From Octopus vulgaris (taxonomy: Eukaryota), in NCBI GenBank assembly GCA_951406725.2, contig OX597822.1, positions 85,622,001 to 85,686,000 on the forward strand: a DNA stretch of 64,000 bases. Direction: 5' to 3'. Shown in pieces: positions 1 to 12,010 of the stretch. The position numbers were made by a program, and so were the translations under genes. A model generated the notes under the pieces. That model did not search any database, was not told the origin of the DNA, and saw only the letters and a list, made by a program, of their open reading frames with translations. Numbering within the stretch: position 1 is the stretch's first letter; every line of letters starts with the position of its first letter.

Positions 1-450
1 CTTTTGGTCCATAGCTCCTTCCCTGACCCTACCTCCCAACCCGGCTCGTTCCCCTGCTCCCGCCCACGTTGCCGCACTTGCCCTTACATCTCCAACACCA
101 CCCGCCTCACTAGCACCCACCATCGACCCTATCCCATCATCCACTCCTTCACCTGCACCTCCAGCAATATTATCTATTGCATCTCTTGCTCTCTCTGCAA
201 TTCCTTGTACATCGGACAAACGGGACGCCGCTTGGCTGACCGGTTCGCGGAACACCTTCGTGACATCCACCTTGCGAACGACACACCGGTCTCACGCCAT
301 TTCCGCTCAACCGGTCACTCCTTGCAACACCTATCTGTGTTCGGTTTGTCCTTACACAGAGGCCATCCGGATTCCCGTTTGCGCCGTGAACAGGAATTAA
401 TCTTCTCTCTTCGCTCTTATACGCCATTTGGTCTCAACTCTCCCCCCTCC
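1..450 (+). mobile_element. Penelope-like retroelement (PLE), 3' fragment encoding the GIY-YIG endonuclease
   Basis: ORF 4..813 reads CSRPRCRTCP...FTCTSSNIIYCISCSLCNSLYIGQTGRRLADRFAEHLRDI...HF...H...RLRREQELI...PFGLN. This is the PLE GIY-YIG signature (NIIY-CxxC-YIGQT, R..EH, E, GLN). After ~450 the ORF runs into CT-rich low-complexity sequence. Confidence 0.9.
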
Positions 451-829
451 TCATCTAACCTCACCCCCCTCCTCACCTATCCTTTCTCCCCCCGACCCCT
501 ACTTCTTCAGTCCTTCATCCTTTCACCCCTACTCCCCTTCCCTTCTTCCCTCTTTCTCCCTCCCTCTTCCCCTTCCCTCTGCTCCCTCACTCCCTCTCTC
601 CCCTTCTCTCTCCCCCTCTCCCTCTTTCCTCCTTCATCCCCCTCATCCCCTTCCTTCTCCCCATCCTCTCCTCTCCCCCTTCTCCTCCCCCTCTTCTTCT
701 CCTCCCCTTCTCTCCCCCTCTTCTCTCCCTCCCCCTCTTCTCCCCCTCCCCCTCTTCTCCTCACTACACCACATGACTTTACACATCACATCACATATGA
801 TGTGCCATACTAATACACACACCAACTAA

Positions 830-1145
830 TACCTACTAATACGTACTAATACATACTAGTACATACTAATACTTACACCAACCCTATACATACACACGTC
901 CAGACCCCGCATACGCACTTATACTCTCTCACACACACACACACACACCTATACATACCAATACGTACTAATACATACTAATACATACTAATACATACAC
1001 CAACCCCATACATACGCACGTCCAGACCAATCTTACGCACTAATACTCTCTCATACACACACACACACACACACACACCCTTATACATACTAATACATAC
1101 ACCAACCCTATACATACACACATCCAGACCCCTCCCACGCACTTT
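830..1145 (+). repeat. Three ~120-bp tandem units in the PLE 3' region
   Basis: Repeated block actaatac(a)tacaccaacc(c)tatacatacacacgtccagacc followed by a (CA)n run, at about 865, 985 and 1090. Confidence 0.7.
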
Positions 1146-1249
1146 TAGCTGGTCCCTCAACCCTTTTATCAACCCTATTATCTCCCCTTATTTCGCTCTC
1201 GCGTCTCATGTTTGATCTTTGACCTCTGGCCGAAATCAGATCGCCATGT

Positions 1250-1452
1250 TGATTCGTTAGCTACTGCACGCATTTTTTTCTCTCCTTCTTTCTGTGTTTT
1301 TCTCTCTCTGTGTATCTTTCTGTTGAAGAGCGTAGGCTCGAAACGTTAAAGACTTGTTTTATTTATATTTCCTGAGCGCCATACTAATACAATTGTTCGT
1401 TTGTTTTCCACCTGCCTTCGTCTTTTGTTTATTTTCATAAAGCTTCCCGTTA
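1250..1452 (+). mobile_element. PLE pseudo-LTR-like terminal repeat carrying a minimal hammerhead-like motif
   Basis: Lies directly downstream of the GIY-YIG fragment and ends in ataaagcttcccgtta(TA)n. Homologous copies occur on the - strand at 2693-2895 and, partially, at 15472-15535. Confidence 0.7.
1315..1352 (+). ncRNA. Minimal type-I hammerhead ribozyme-like motif (variant core)
   Basis: UCUUU-CUGUUGA-A-GAGC(GUAG)GCUC-GAAA-CG-UU-AAAGA. Stem I is UCUUU/AAAGA, stem II is a perfect 4 bp, and the stem III region is palindromic (AACGUU). Core A6 is replaced by U and there is an extra A after A9. Confidence 0.5.
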
Positions 1453-1673
1453 TATATATATATATATATATATACACGCACATGCATACATATACATACT
1501 ACATGTATGCATACGAATATGTGTTTATACTTCGGTAGATACATACATACACATACATACATGCACACACATACATGCATAAATACATACATACACATAC
1601 GTACGTACGTACATATAACAGGTGTCTCGTAAGTAAAATTGCTTTCAGATCTTTCCTATAACAGAGTAAATCA

Positions 1674-1704
<31 letters not shown>

Positions 1705-1841
1705 TTGTGTGTGTACGTGTGTGTGTGTGTACGTGCGTGCGTGTGTATGTATAATCATATTTAAATACATATGAAAATGTCAGTGAGTCTGTATACACTT
1801 GCGTCTGCATTGAGGCCCTCAAACCTCCCCACCTCTTTCTT

Positions 1842-1877
<36 letters not shown>

Positions 1878-2156
1878 ACACGCACAACTCTCAGTCCACT
1901 CATACACGCGCACACATTCAGTTCACCACCGACCACTTGTTTGTGTGGAAGTCACGGTGTGGCTCCTGTGGCTGCTGGATTTTGAAGCAAGCCAGTCCAC
2001 AAATTGTTTGGGTAATCTGAGATGCGTGAGCCGGGTATTAGCGGCCTCGAGTACGGGTACACAGACTTTCGAAGACCTTTCTTTAATGTGGGTACAACTG
2101 ATTCAAATAGTCTTTGTTCCACCAAGATACACAATACTCGACTTAGTTTTATGATT

Positions 2157-2187
<31 letters not shown>

Positions 2188-2537
2188 ATGTTTCATTTCA
2201 TTAGGGCAAATGTAGTTGTATGCACATGTGCGTGTGTGTCTGTGTGTGTCTGTGTGTGTATGTATGTGTGTATGTATGTGTGTGTATGTATGTATGTATG
2301 TGTGTGTGTATATATATATACACGTGCACACATATATACATATTCATGAAAACTATACCATTCTAATGTGTATGCATACATACATACACATTACATACAC
2401 ACAAATTCACAGCATGTTTACATGTACAGACACATCGATATATACACACTCGTATATGTGTATATATACAAATACTTATGAACTTATGAATATATATATA
2501 TACAAATAAGTGCATATGCGTGTGCGCATGTATGCGT

Positions 2538-2635
2538 ATTATGGCTGCCCCCTCGTTATCGAGTATGGCCATTGCACGAAGCTTAATGTCTTGTACAGAA
2601 TTGGCAACTAATACCTTTACCGGTAATAGCCAACA
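2538..2635 (-). mobile_element. Internally deleted 3' tip of the RTE-like LINE family also seen at 7910-8250
   Basis: ttatggctgccccctcgttatcgagtatggccattgcacgaagcttaa is identical to 7911-7958, then joins directly to tgtcttgtacagaattggcaactaa. Confidence 0.75.
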
Positions 2636-2692
2636 AAGGTATTAGTATACATGCGTATACATGTCCATATACATACATACATAAATATATAT

Positions 2693-2895
2693 AACGGGAA
2701 GCTTTATGAAAATAAACAAAAGACGAAGGTAGGTGGAATACAAACAAACAATTGTATTAGTATGGCGCTCAGGAATATAAATAAAACAAGTCTTTTACGT
2801 TTCGAGCCTACGCTCTTCAACAGAAAGATACACAGAAAAGAAACACGGAGAGAAACAAGGAGAGAGAAAAAATGCGTGCAGAAGCTAGCGAATCA
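2693..2895 (-). mobile_element. Second, inverted copy of the PLE pseudo-LTR; hammerhead-like motif at 2791-2828
   Basis: Reverse complement of 1250-1452 at high identity. The motif reads UCUUU-CUGUUGAA-GAGCGUAGGCUC-GAAACGUA-AAAGA. Confidence 0.75.
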
Positions 2896-4361
2896 AGAAA
2901 GCAGACCTGATGACTTCTTCAACACCTCTAAGTTACTAAAGAAAAAGACTCCCATCAATTACATTGACATTACGGAAGAGGATGTATTGTCAGCCACTGA
3001 CGAGATAAAAAAAAAGGCTAACCTCGATCCTAGAAGAAAATGACTTGCTTACAGACACGCAACAGGGCTTCCGTCCCTGAAGGAATTGCTTAACACAACT
3101 ACTACACCACTTCAACTGGATACTAAAACAACAGCTCAATCATTCAAATGTGGATGTGATACATCTAGACTTTTCCAAGGCCTTTGACAAAGTCGATCCT
3201 GGGGTGATATGTCACAAATTGCGTGACCTCGGTTTTGTTGGGAGAGTGGCTGTATGATTTCCTGAAGGGCAGTAGTCAGGCTGTCACAGCAAATAGTGCT
3301 CTCTCCGAAGTGACACCAATCCTCAGGAAACAGTGCTGGGACCACTACTGTTTGTGGTTGCTATCTCGGACATGACCTCAGCCATAGAGTCAGCCACACC
3401 CACCAGCTACGCAGACGATACAAAAGTATCGCTGGCGGTCAAGGATCCTACTGACATCCTAAGACTGCAGAATGACCTGAACGCAATATGTAAATGGGCT
3501 GATGAGAATAATATGCAGTTCAATGGCGCAAAATTTCAAGCACTCCACTATCAGCCCACAAACAAACTACAACTGGGGTACTCGGGACCAGCAGGCAATG
3601 TAATCCCAGAGTTAGAGTCAGTGCGTGACCTGGGAATCCACATGAGCAACGATGCAACTTTCCATGTGCACATTGCTCAGATGGCAACACTACACATGCG
3701 GGTGGCAGGTTGGATCCTTATATCCTTCAAGACCAGGAACAGAGACACAATGCTATGGAGAACCTTTGTTTTCAGTCGTCTGGACTACTACTCCCAACTG
3801 TGGTCGCCACAGAATGTAAAACTAGAAGCGATTCAACGTCACTTCACAAAGAAGATAGACTCAGTAAAACACATGGGCTACTGGGAGAGAATGAGGGAAC
3901 TGGGGCTCTACTCTCTGAAGAGAAGACGTGAGAGATATTGAGTGCTATACATGTGGGAAATAATGGAGGGTCTGGCTCCAAATTTCGGAATCGAAATCTA
4001 CAACAATCCCCGAACTGGACGGCACTGCACAACACCAAAGGTCTCATCTTCTCCATTGAGGATACGAGCCCAATATTGTAATAGCTTGGGATTCAAAGGA
4101 CCACAACTTTTTAATGCCCTACAACAGAACATCAGGGATCTGCAAGGTGTAGACATGGAAGTCTTCAAACAACGTCTAGACAGTTTTTTATCTGCAATTC
4201 CGGATGAACAGACATCGCGGCAGAAAGCACAAAGAAAAGCTGCAAAGTCCAACCCGTTACTTCACCAGAAGCAATACTGGAAAAATCCCCGGATGCAGTA
4301 AAGGCGGTGCACCAGCATGGCCTTGGCCTCTGGCTGAAATCCGTAAAAGATAAAAGATAAA
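2896..4361 (+). mobile_element. 5'-truncated, decayed CR1/L2-group LINE: reverse transcriptase, C-terminus and 3' tail
   Basis: YLDFSKAFDKVD (frameshifted), VLGPLLF, YADDTK, LQNDLNAICKWADENNMQFN, RDLG, RLDYYSQLWSP, LEAIQRHFT, LGLYSLKRRRERY, GPQLFNAL and FKQRLDSFL are present with stops and frameshifts. Ends in aaaagat repeats. Confidence 0.92.
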
Positions 4362-4547
4362 GCTATACAAACTTACTGTTAACAAAAGTCGGGATACATG
4401 GCGTTCAGTTACTCAATAAATGCAGTAAAGATAGACAGACAGACTGACAGACAGACAGACAGACAGATATACTTATGTTTAGATTTATTTATATATACAT
4501 ACCTATTTCTCTCTCTCCCTATTTTTCACACTCTCTATTTCTAGCTC

Positions 4548-4685
<138 letters not shown>

Positions 4686-4801
4686 TTACAAACAAGTGAA
4701 AATAATTTCCTTTAGGTGAATAGAGTAAAATTTAACACTTAGTAATTTCTCACAAAATAGAACATAGTGCAAGTTGACCTTACCAACTTAGTTGCAGCTA
4801 T

Positions 4802-4885
<84 letters not shown>

Positions 4886-4887
<2 letters not shown>

Positions 4888-5100
4888 GGCGATGAGCTGG
4901 CATAATCGTTAGCACGCCGGGAGAAATGCTTAGCAGCATTTCGTCTGTCTTTATGTTCTGATTTCAAATTCCGCCGAGGTCGACTTTGCCTTTCATCTTT
5001 TTGGGGTCGATAAATTAAGTACCAGTTGCGTACTGGGGTTGATCTAATCGACTGGCTGCCTCCCCCAAAATTTCGGGCCTTGTGCCTAGAGTAGAAAAGA
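4886..5100 (+). mobile_element. tRNA-derived SINE family A (Meta-domain-like core)
   Basis: A/B-box-like head (ggcgagctggcagaatcgttagc...gagttcaaattcc) plus gtcgactttgcctttcatcctttcggggtcgataaat. Other copies at ~9787-10170(+), 21015-21232(-), 23183-23525(+), 23895-24066(-), 39725-39930(-) and 53955-54383(-, two copies). Confidence 0.85.
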
Positions 5101-5243
5101 ATATTTGCAATCTCATAGTTTCAAGGACACATGCTGGATGAGTAAGAATGGGCCTTGTCGAGAATATTCTTGGTTGTCCTGGATAGGTCCTCACCCTGGT
5201 CCCAAAACCTTAAAATAAAATATACAAGTTTCCTTGTCCTTAG

Positions 5244-5727
5244 ACCCGAAGGAGAGTATATGGTGAGTAACCTACTCTTCAATTTATCGGATGCAGCACC
5301 CGGGTAATTCTCAGATTAGCATTAAGAGTAAGAGTCACCCTGTACACTTATGTCTTGGAAAGGTAGAATCTTTTCAGTGGACAAAGGTAATTACTACAGG
5401 TGGATACCGGGAGTAAAGCCTATACATTTGCATATATATATGTGTGTGTGTGTGTATCGTTTGTCCCCACCTTGCCCCAAAAAAGAGATATCACAAGAAT
5501 ATTTCACGAAGATTGCTTATAATTCTCCTTTTCTTTTCTTTTCTTTTTTTCTTTTAGATTTATTCAGTGACTGCTGGCCAGAGACAGAACTTGTGGGACA
5601 CTCTTTGTCGTGGGAAAAGGAAAGCGCTCCGAAACTGTCCAAAGACAAAAAACACACAGCTCGTACGTGGCACCCAGAAATCCCGAACGCAACAGACTTC
5701 GTCAATCTAGCAAGCTATGGAAGCTGA
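5244..5727 (+). CDS. Possible 3' end of an unknown gene: microexons 5244-5262 and 5378-5386, terminal exon 5558-5727
   Basis: Splice sites tccttgtccttag|19 nt|gtgagt, ttttcag|9 nt|gtaatt, and a long polypyrimidine tract ttttag| join in frame as TRRRVYVDKDLFSDCWPETELVGHSLSWEKESAPKLSKDKKHTARTWHPEIPNATDFVNLASYGS*. No homolog recognised. Confidence 0.35.
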
Positions 5728-7909
5728 AGACCTAAGAATGGACTTCGATCTTGGGAAGCGCTCAGATCTGCTTCCTAAATATTCTGGAAATCACGATTGA
5801 TTGGGAAGGAGGAAGAGGAAAAGAAGGATGACGACGACGACGACGATGACGACCCATGACAGCAATGATGGCGACAATAGTGTGAAGAGAAGGAGGAAGA
5901 GGAGGGGGAGGAGAAGGAAGCAATGGAATATCCTTTGTGAGATATCATCGATAGACTTATTTTTATACAAACTTCTAAAGGCAAATATCTGTGAGACATA
6001 AACAAAACCATTGAAACGAAATAAGCAGATGGTTAAAAACAATTGGTGCTAATTAATTGATTAACTGATTTAATGACTGTAATTTACACCATCCATCTTC
6101 AATTTAGCGAAAATAGACGAATTGATAAAGTATTGGGCTATTGGAATATTGGACTCAAATATCAGGAGTTCAAATTCCACTGAAGTCATTCCCTAGGCCA
6201 TCTTGATCGAACACAGCTATAATCAAAGGTTTTCCAGCCGTGACCCTCAAGTCTTCTTTTCGGGATTCATCTGACATATTTTAAGATGGGTGAGTGTGGC
6301 TTGAGAAAAGCTTAAGATTTGGTGCGTTTTCTGTGACTAAAGCATTTTTGCCTTTATTACCACGTGCTTTTAGATATGGTTTGTGATAATCACTGCATAT
6401 ATGTAGTTATGGGACCAATAATCTGTTAACTTGTATAACAGTGTTCGAATCCTTATATCGATCAAATGAAGGTATGCTCTACTGTTCTTTCCAGAGACAA
6501 AATCATCTCTCTTTCATCCGTTCATCAGCTGAAAACTGGAATAAGTTTCAACACGCAACAACATTATTATAGTTTTAGTACTGGACGGTATTTTCTGCAC
6601 AGAAAAATCTTTTTCTAAATTAATGTAGCGAACACCGGAGAGTAAGAATTTCGAAGTAAAGTAAATCCGTGAAGAAGTGACTTCAATACACGGCTGATGC
6701 CATTCCCTTTCAATTACGATGCTAATTATCATTAAGAATGGCATAAACGCCATTCATACCATTTTTGCCTGTCCTAAAATACAGAAATATTGTTACTCAT
6801 TAAATGGTAACCAATATTCCGCATATTAATGGATGCCGTAAAGATAAGGCTTAGTAAGTCGACTGTCCGACCCAATTCTAATTCTTGCCTGTGGTCGTTT
6901 CACTTCACATTTGTTACTAAATGCTACAGAATCTCGTGTTACTCATTCCTATGCAAAAAAATAATAATAAATTAAAAAAACATAGCAGAAGATCAATATT
7001 TTTGGTGCCGTTATAAAAGATCAATAGTCTGCCATTTTTCTGATAATCCAGTTTTTATTATTTTAATGTAAAACAGAAAGTGTCCAATTATATCCAGATT
7101 CCTTAGCAAACAGAAAACAGATTTCTGCAAAAGTGTAGCTTCAATACAGACCGATAATTTTATGCTTTCATGCAATCAATTGCCAAACAGCTTACCTTTC
7201 AAAATGGTCCATTTACGATCGTATCTAATCGACGTGGATAAGATTAGGCTTGGTGTCTATTTATTATTTTTTTTAACAATCAATAATTTATCTTTTCTAT
7301 TTAACAAAACAAATATGTTTACCTTTTGTGATTAAAAATATACAAAATTTATCTTCTGAAATTCAAAGAGATAAATATATTTATATTTCATAGGTGGAAA
7401 ATAAAAAAGAATCATGTATAATTTTCAAAAAACTTTGGCTTGGATTTCTATTTATTTACTTTCACCATCGAAGTAAAATCGTAACAAAAACCTTTCATGA
7501 CGTAATACTTCGAAATTGCTCAGTTTTCCTAAAAGTTGAGTGATTATTCTGCAGAAATACTTCGTTTACAATGAACGTTAACATTTTGCTTCATAATTAA
7601 ATTTGTGTTAAAAATTTATTAAATTATTTTTCATTTCAACTTTTGTGTTTTACTTTCTTCCTTTCTCTCTCCTTTTCTTTCTCTTTTTTTTTTTTTTTTT
7701 TTTTTTTATTGTTGTCGTCGTCTCGATGAAAATATCTTCTGAACAGATTGACGCGAACGATTTTATACGATGGGAAATCAAATTCGGTTGACAAATTGTA
7801 ATTGAAAGCCGTATTGCAAGTTTTGTATCACGTCACTTATGAAGAAGCAGTACATACATACATACATACATACATACATACATACATACATACATACATA
7901 CATACATAC

Positions 7910-8252
7910 ATTATGGCTGCCCCCTCGTTATCGAGTATGGCCATTGCACGAAGCTTAACTGTTACTGGTGCTGTGATCGAATGTGACTTTTTAGCCCAGC
8001 TAAAGATCTACAATGTCTTGTACAAAATTGGCAACTAAAACATTTACTGGTAATAGCCGGCTGTACTTGTAACTGGGCTTCATGTACCTTTGCATGTCGT
8101 TTAAGTCCTCCTGCCGAATTACACTCTCTTCCACATGCCCGACAGATATGATTAGTATGATGTGTTACACCACCACCAGTGGCCAGGTTGTCACTCATCT
8201 GTCTCGCTTTATGACTACGAAGATGACTCATGAGTCCAGCTTTACTGAGGCA
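7910..8252 (-). mobile_element. RTE-type LINE 3' end with C2H2 zinc fingers
   Basis: CLSKAGLMSHLRSH, HICRACGRECNSAGGLKRHAKVH and FSCQFCTRHCRSLAGLKSHIRSQHQ*, followed by a short 3' UTR ending in (ATGT)n. A second copy of the tip is at 2538. Confidence 0.75.
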
Positions 8253-8271
8253 ACATACATACATATAATGG

Positions 8272-8312
<41 letters not shown>

Positions 8313-8341
8313 TGTATGTGTGTGTTTGTGTGTGTGTGTGC

Positions 8342-8383
<42 letters not shown>

Positions 8384-8449
8384 ATATAAATAAATATAGA
8401 GTAGTGGTACAACAAGGCACCATTATTTACTGAAAATATATATACATAC

Positions 8450-8514
<65 letters not shown>

Positions 8515-8868
8515 CAATAAGGGTTTAGCAACAAGTTGCTTGACCACATACCGAAATTTTAGAAATAGTAGCCAAAAGACTACTATTTCCTTTTTCTACA
8601 AAAATATGTCTCCACAGACAACAATATTTGTAACTCACACATGGCAAAAAAGAAGAAAAATAATGAAATTAAACAGTCTTCGATTAATTATGGACGCGTT
8701 TATGGATTAGAATCATAAGACTCATTTCCTTTGTCAACATAATATTTATATATATGAAAAAAACTTTTTGTTTAAGTTTTTACCGAATATGGTCCTTTTC
8801 CACACCGAAAAACTACTAGGTGAAATTTATTGATTTTATTAAATTAATAATTTTTCACCCTATATCTG

Positions 8869-8936
<68 letters not shown>

Positions 8937-9393
8937 TTTGAAGTCACTGTCAACACTATTCTTATTAAAGAATAACAAATATTTACTCTGCAAACGGTAT
9001 TGAATAATCGCTCTTTTCAACATAGAATTGCTTTTATTATATAACTCGACATTAAACGCGATATCTGTGTGTATTGTAATACACCGCTGATCACAATGCT
9101 CTTCCTCACAGTGGATGCCAACCCGTTGGCTAGGCGACCAGTCCAACGTAATCCCAAAAAAATAGAACCCCGGTCCATAGCAAGGTTGGTCTTTTATATC
9201 TGTTCGCCTGGAGCAACGTGAAATGAAGTGTTTTGCTCAAGGACACAATACATCACCAGCCTGAGAAGCGAAACTACGATCTTGCGATCTGGATACAACA
9301 CCCTAACCAATAGGCCACACGTCTTCACACGCACGCGCGCACGCACACACTCATCCATACATACATACATACATACATACATACATACATACA

Positions 9394-9486
<93 letters not shown>

Positions 9487-10192
9487 GACGGGTTTGTTTC
9501 AGTTTCCATCTACCAAACCCACTCACAAGGCTTTGGTCGGCCCGAGGCTATAGTAGAAGACACTTGCCGAAGGTGCCACGCAGTGGGACTGAACCCAGAA
9601 CCATATTTAATTTCTTTTTTTAAATTGATTTCTTCTTTTCTTAGAGAAGAAAAAAACAGCGCTGGTTCATATTTCTTTCACAAACTAAGAGGCAAATTTG
9701 AGTTCTTTGAAATTATTATTTTATTTCTTTTGGATTACCCAACTCAGTGCCTCGTCACTTCTTTCTATATTATTTAAACTAAAGCTAAGGCGGCGAGCTG
9801 GCAGAATCGTTCGGACGCCGGGCGAAATGCTTTGCGGTATTTCGTCTGCCATTACGTTCTGAGTTCAAATTCCACCGAGGTCGACTTTGCCTTTCATCCT
9901 TTCGGGGTCGATTAAATAAGTACCAGTTACACACTGGATCGATATAATCGACTTAATCCGTTTGTCTGTCCTTGCTTGTCCCCTCTGTGTTTAGCCCCTT
10001 GTGGACAGTAAAGAAATAGAAATAGGTATTTCGTCTGCCGTTACGTTCTGAGTTCAAATTCCGCCAAGGTCGACTTTGCCTTTCATCCTTTCGGGGTCGA
10101 TTAAATAGTACCAGTTACGCACTGGGATCAACGTAATCAACTTAATCCCCCTCCCCCAAGCTGCCCTTGTGGAAAAAATTTGAAATCCCTAT

Positions 10193-10625
10193 CATGGCTG
10201 TGTGGTTAAGAAGCCCGCTTTGGGACCACGTAGTTTCGGGTTCAGTCCCACTGCGCGGCACCTTGGGCAAATGTCTTTTACTATAGCCCCGGGCTGACCA
10301 ATGGCGTTTTGAATGAAATTGGTAGATGGAAACTGTCTGAAAACCTGTCCGTGTGTGTGTGCTTGTGTGGTGGGTTGCATGTGTGTGGGTGCATGTGTAG
10401 GTGCGTATGTGTTTGTTCGGACACACTTTTACCTTTGTGTTTGTTCATCCACCACTTGACAACTAGTGTTGGTTTGCTTACGTCCTCGTAACTAATCGGT
10501 TCGGCAAAAGAGACTGACCCAGTAAGTACCCAGCTTAAAAGCAGCGGGAAAGTTCGTTTGTTCGACTAAACCTTTCAATGCTGTGCCCCAGCGTGGCCGC
10601 AGTTCGATGACTGAAGCAAATCAAA
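10193..10625 (+). mobile_element. tRNA-derived CORE-like SINE family B
   Basis: Head tggctgtgtggtaag...gggttcagtccc, core gcaccttgggcaagt and a LINE-like tail. Full copy at 24830-25216(+); fragments at 9485-9602(-), 36853-37082(+/-), 38600-38765(+), 47800-47940(-) and 55235-55430(-). Confidence 0.85.
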
Positions 10626-10755
10626 AATATAGATAACCCTTAGAAAGACAGAGAAAGAAACTCTTGTGGTCGCAGAATTTCCGTTCAGTTTATCTTGAAT
10701 CCTTTTGGAAAATAAAGAATAAAACATTTGAATCGATAAAGAAAAATATGTCTGG

Positions 10756-11250
10756 CCAGGTTAGTTTTATCCCACAAATATATCGCGCGTCCGCGACGCC
10801 CCGAGTCGTCGAAGGTTCGGTGCAGCGGTAGCGCACTCGTGCGTCGTCCGTCACGGCCACCGACTCTTCTGCCGAACTTAGGTGGGCGCCGACAACGTCA
10901 ACTCAGCTATGACCATCCCGTCCAGTACGAGAGGAACCGCGGGATCAGAGCAACGGTTTGCGCGCTCGCTCGATAGAGCGGTGGTGCCAGGCTGCCTCTG
11001 AGCAATAACGGTTGAACGCCTCTAAGCCGGAACCATAGCCGGATCCGAGATTTTTTCACAAAAGCGTCTTAACCTCGAGATACATGCATTAGTTCGGCGC
11101 GCGCCATCCGTCCGTCGCGCCCGTGCGGCAAACGGCGACGTCACCGGCAGAATTTCTACTCTGGCTTCGGCACCGTCCCGCTTAAATATGTTTGAAGATG
11201 TCGAGACGAAAAGGATCGCTTGCATACGACTCGACTTGACGTTGGGAGTG
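10756..11250 (+). rRNA. 28S rRNA: Orphan 28S (LSU) rRNA 3'-domain fragment (pseudogene), including the sarcin-ricin loop
   Basis: Conserved LSU landmarks in the correct order: caggttagtttta(t)ccc (10757), cagtacgagaggaaccgc (sarcin-ricin loop, 10923-10940), tgaacgcctctaag (~11012) and atcgcttgcatacgact (~11216). GC- and CpG-rich, with no flanking 18S, 5.8S or upstream 28S. Confidence 0.85.
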
Positions 11251-11956
11251 ACGTATATATTGTGGAAGTAGCTTAACGTCATCAACAATGTTTTCGAAAT
11301 ACCATCGTCCCAAAGAGAGGACAATAAGCGACTTCCGTTGTGTGCATTCATATACACAGACACACACAAGGGAGAGAGAGAGAAAAGGAGAGAGGGAGAG
11401 AATGAGTGAGAGAAAACTTAAAACATATTGAAATATTTGTTTATATCGGAATGAGACGATCGGACGTAGCTGGTTGGCTGCTGACGATTTGGCACGGTTA
11501 GACTGGACAGTCTGAATTGGCGATACGCACGCGCGTGCGCTCAGAAATATAGACAAAGAGATAGAGAGAATACGAAAGAGATGGGGAGAGAGACAGACAT
11601 TACATCTGTAAACAACATAACTTGATGCTCAAACATATAATTAGAGAGAGAGGGGGAGAAGGAAAGAGCTAGAGAATCATTGTAATGAGAGAAACGTTAA
11701 AACGACTAATGTCAAACAAGTCAGCGTCGAATCAATATGACACCAGATAAGCAACGCCTAAATGGTTGTGTCAAAACGCTTCATACCCATGTGTATAATA
11801 ACAGTAGAACTCTGCTAATTTATTACGATTCTAAGACAAATATGTAAAGTGAACACTACATTTCTTTGTCCTTTCCTCTTCGATTTACTAACATGTGATG
11901 TCAACAACTATTATATGTTATATTATATATATATGAGTAACTGTCTTAAATCTAAC

Positions 11957-12003
11957 GGCGGCTGACGAGGTGAATAGTCAGTGAAACATCTACATGCCCC
12001 ACC
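11957..12003 (+). ncRNA. Decayed hammerhead-like motif, copy 1 of a direct repeat
   Basis: GGCGG-CUGACGA-GGUGA(AUAG)UCAGU-GAAA-CAU(CUAC)AUG-CC-CCACC. U16.1 is replaced by C. Confidence 0.45.
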
Positions 12004-12010
12004 AAGTAAA

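Noticed and set aside
450-813. Pro/Ser/Leu-rich extension of ORF 4..813 as a real protein domain
   Set aside because: Read-through into a CT-rich low-complexity tract after the GIY-YIG terminal GLN motif.
1920-2150. Unique, GC-balanced segment with several short ORFs
   Set aside because: No recognisable homology and no consistent pair of splice sites.
4886-5100. tRNA genes suggested by A/B-box motifs
   Set aside because: These are SINE heads; none folds into a complete cloverleaf.
6514-7250. Minus-strand ORF 6514-6753 and a possible two-exon micropeptide (MDHFERTGKNGMNGVYAILNDN)
   Set aside because: Splice-like signals exist, but the peptides are short and unrecognisable; chance is equally likely.
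7962-8252. Host C2H2 zinc-finger gene
   Set aside because: No TGEKP linkers or splice sites. It is followed by a LINE-type tail and the same 3' tip recurs at 2538, so it is a retroelement C-terminus.
8775-8870. Hammerhead-like shape in a short repeat (also at ~60940-61030)
   Set aside because: Stem I-like pairing and GGU..ACC-GAAA are present, but neither copy has a recognisable CUGANGA core.
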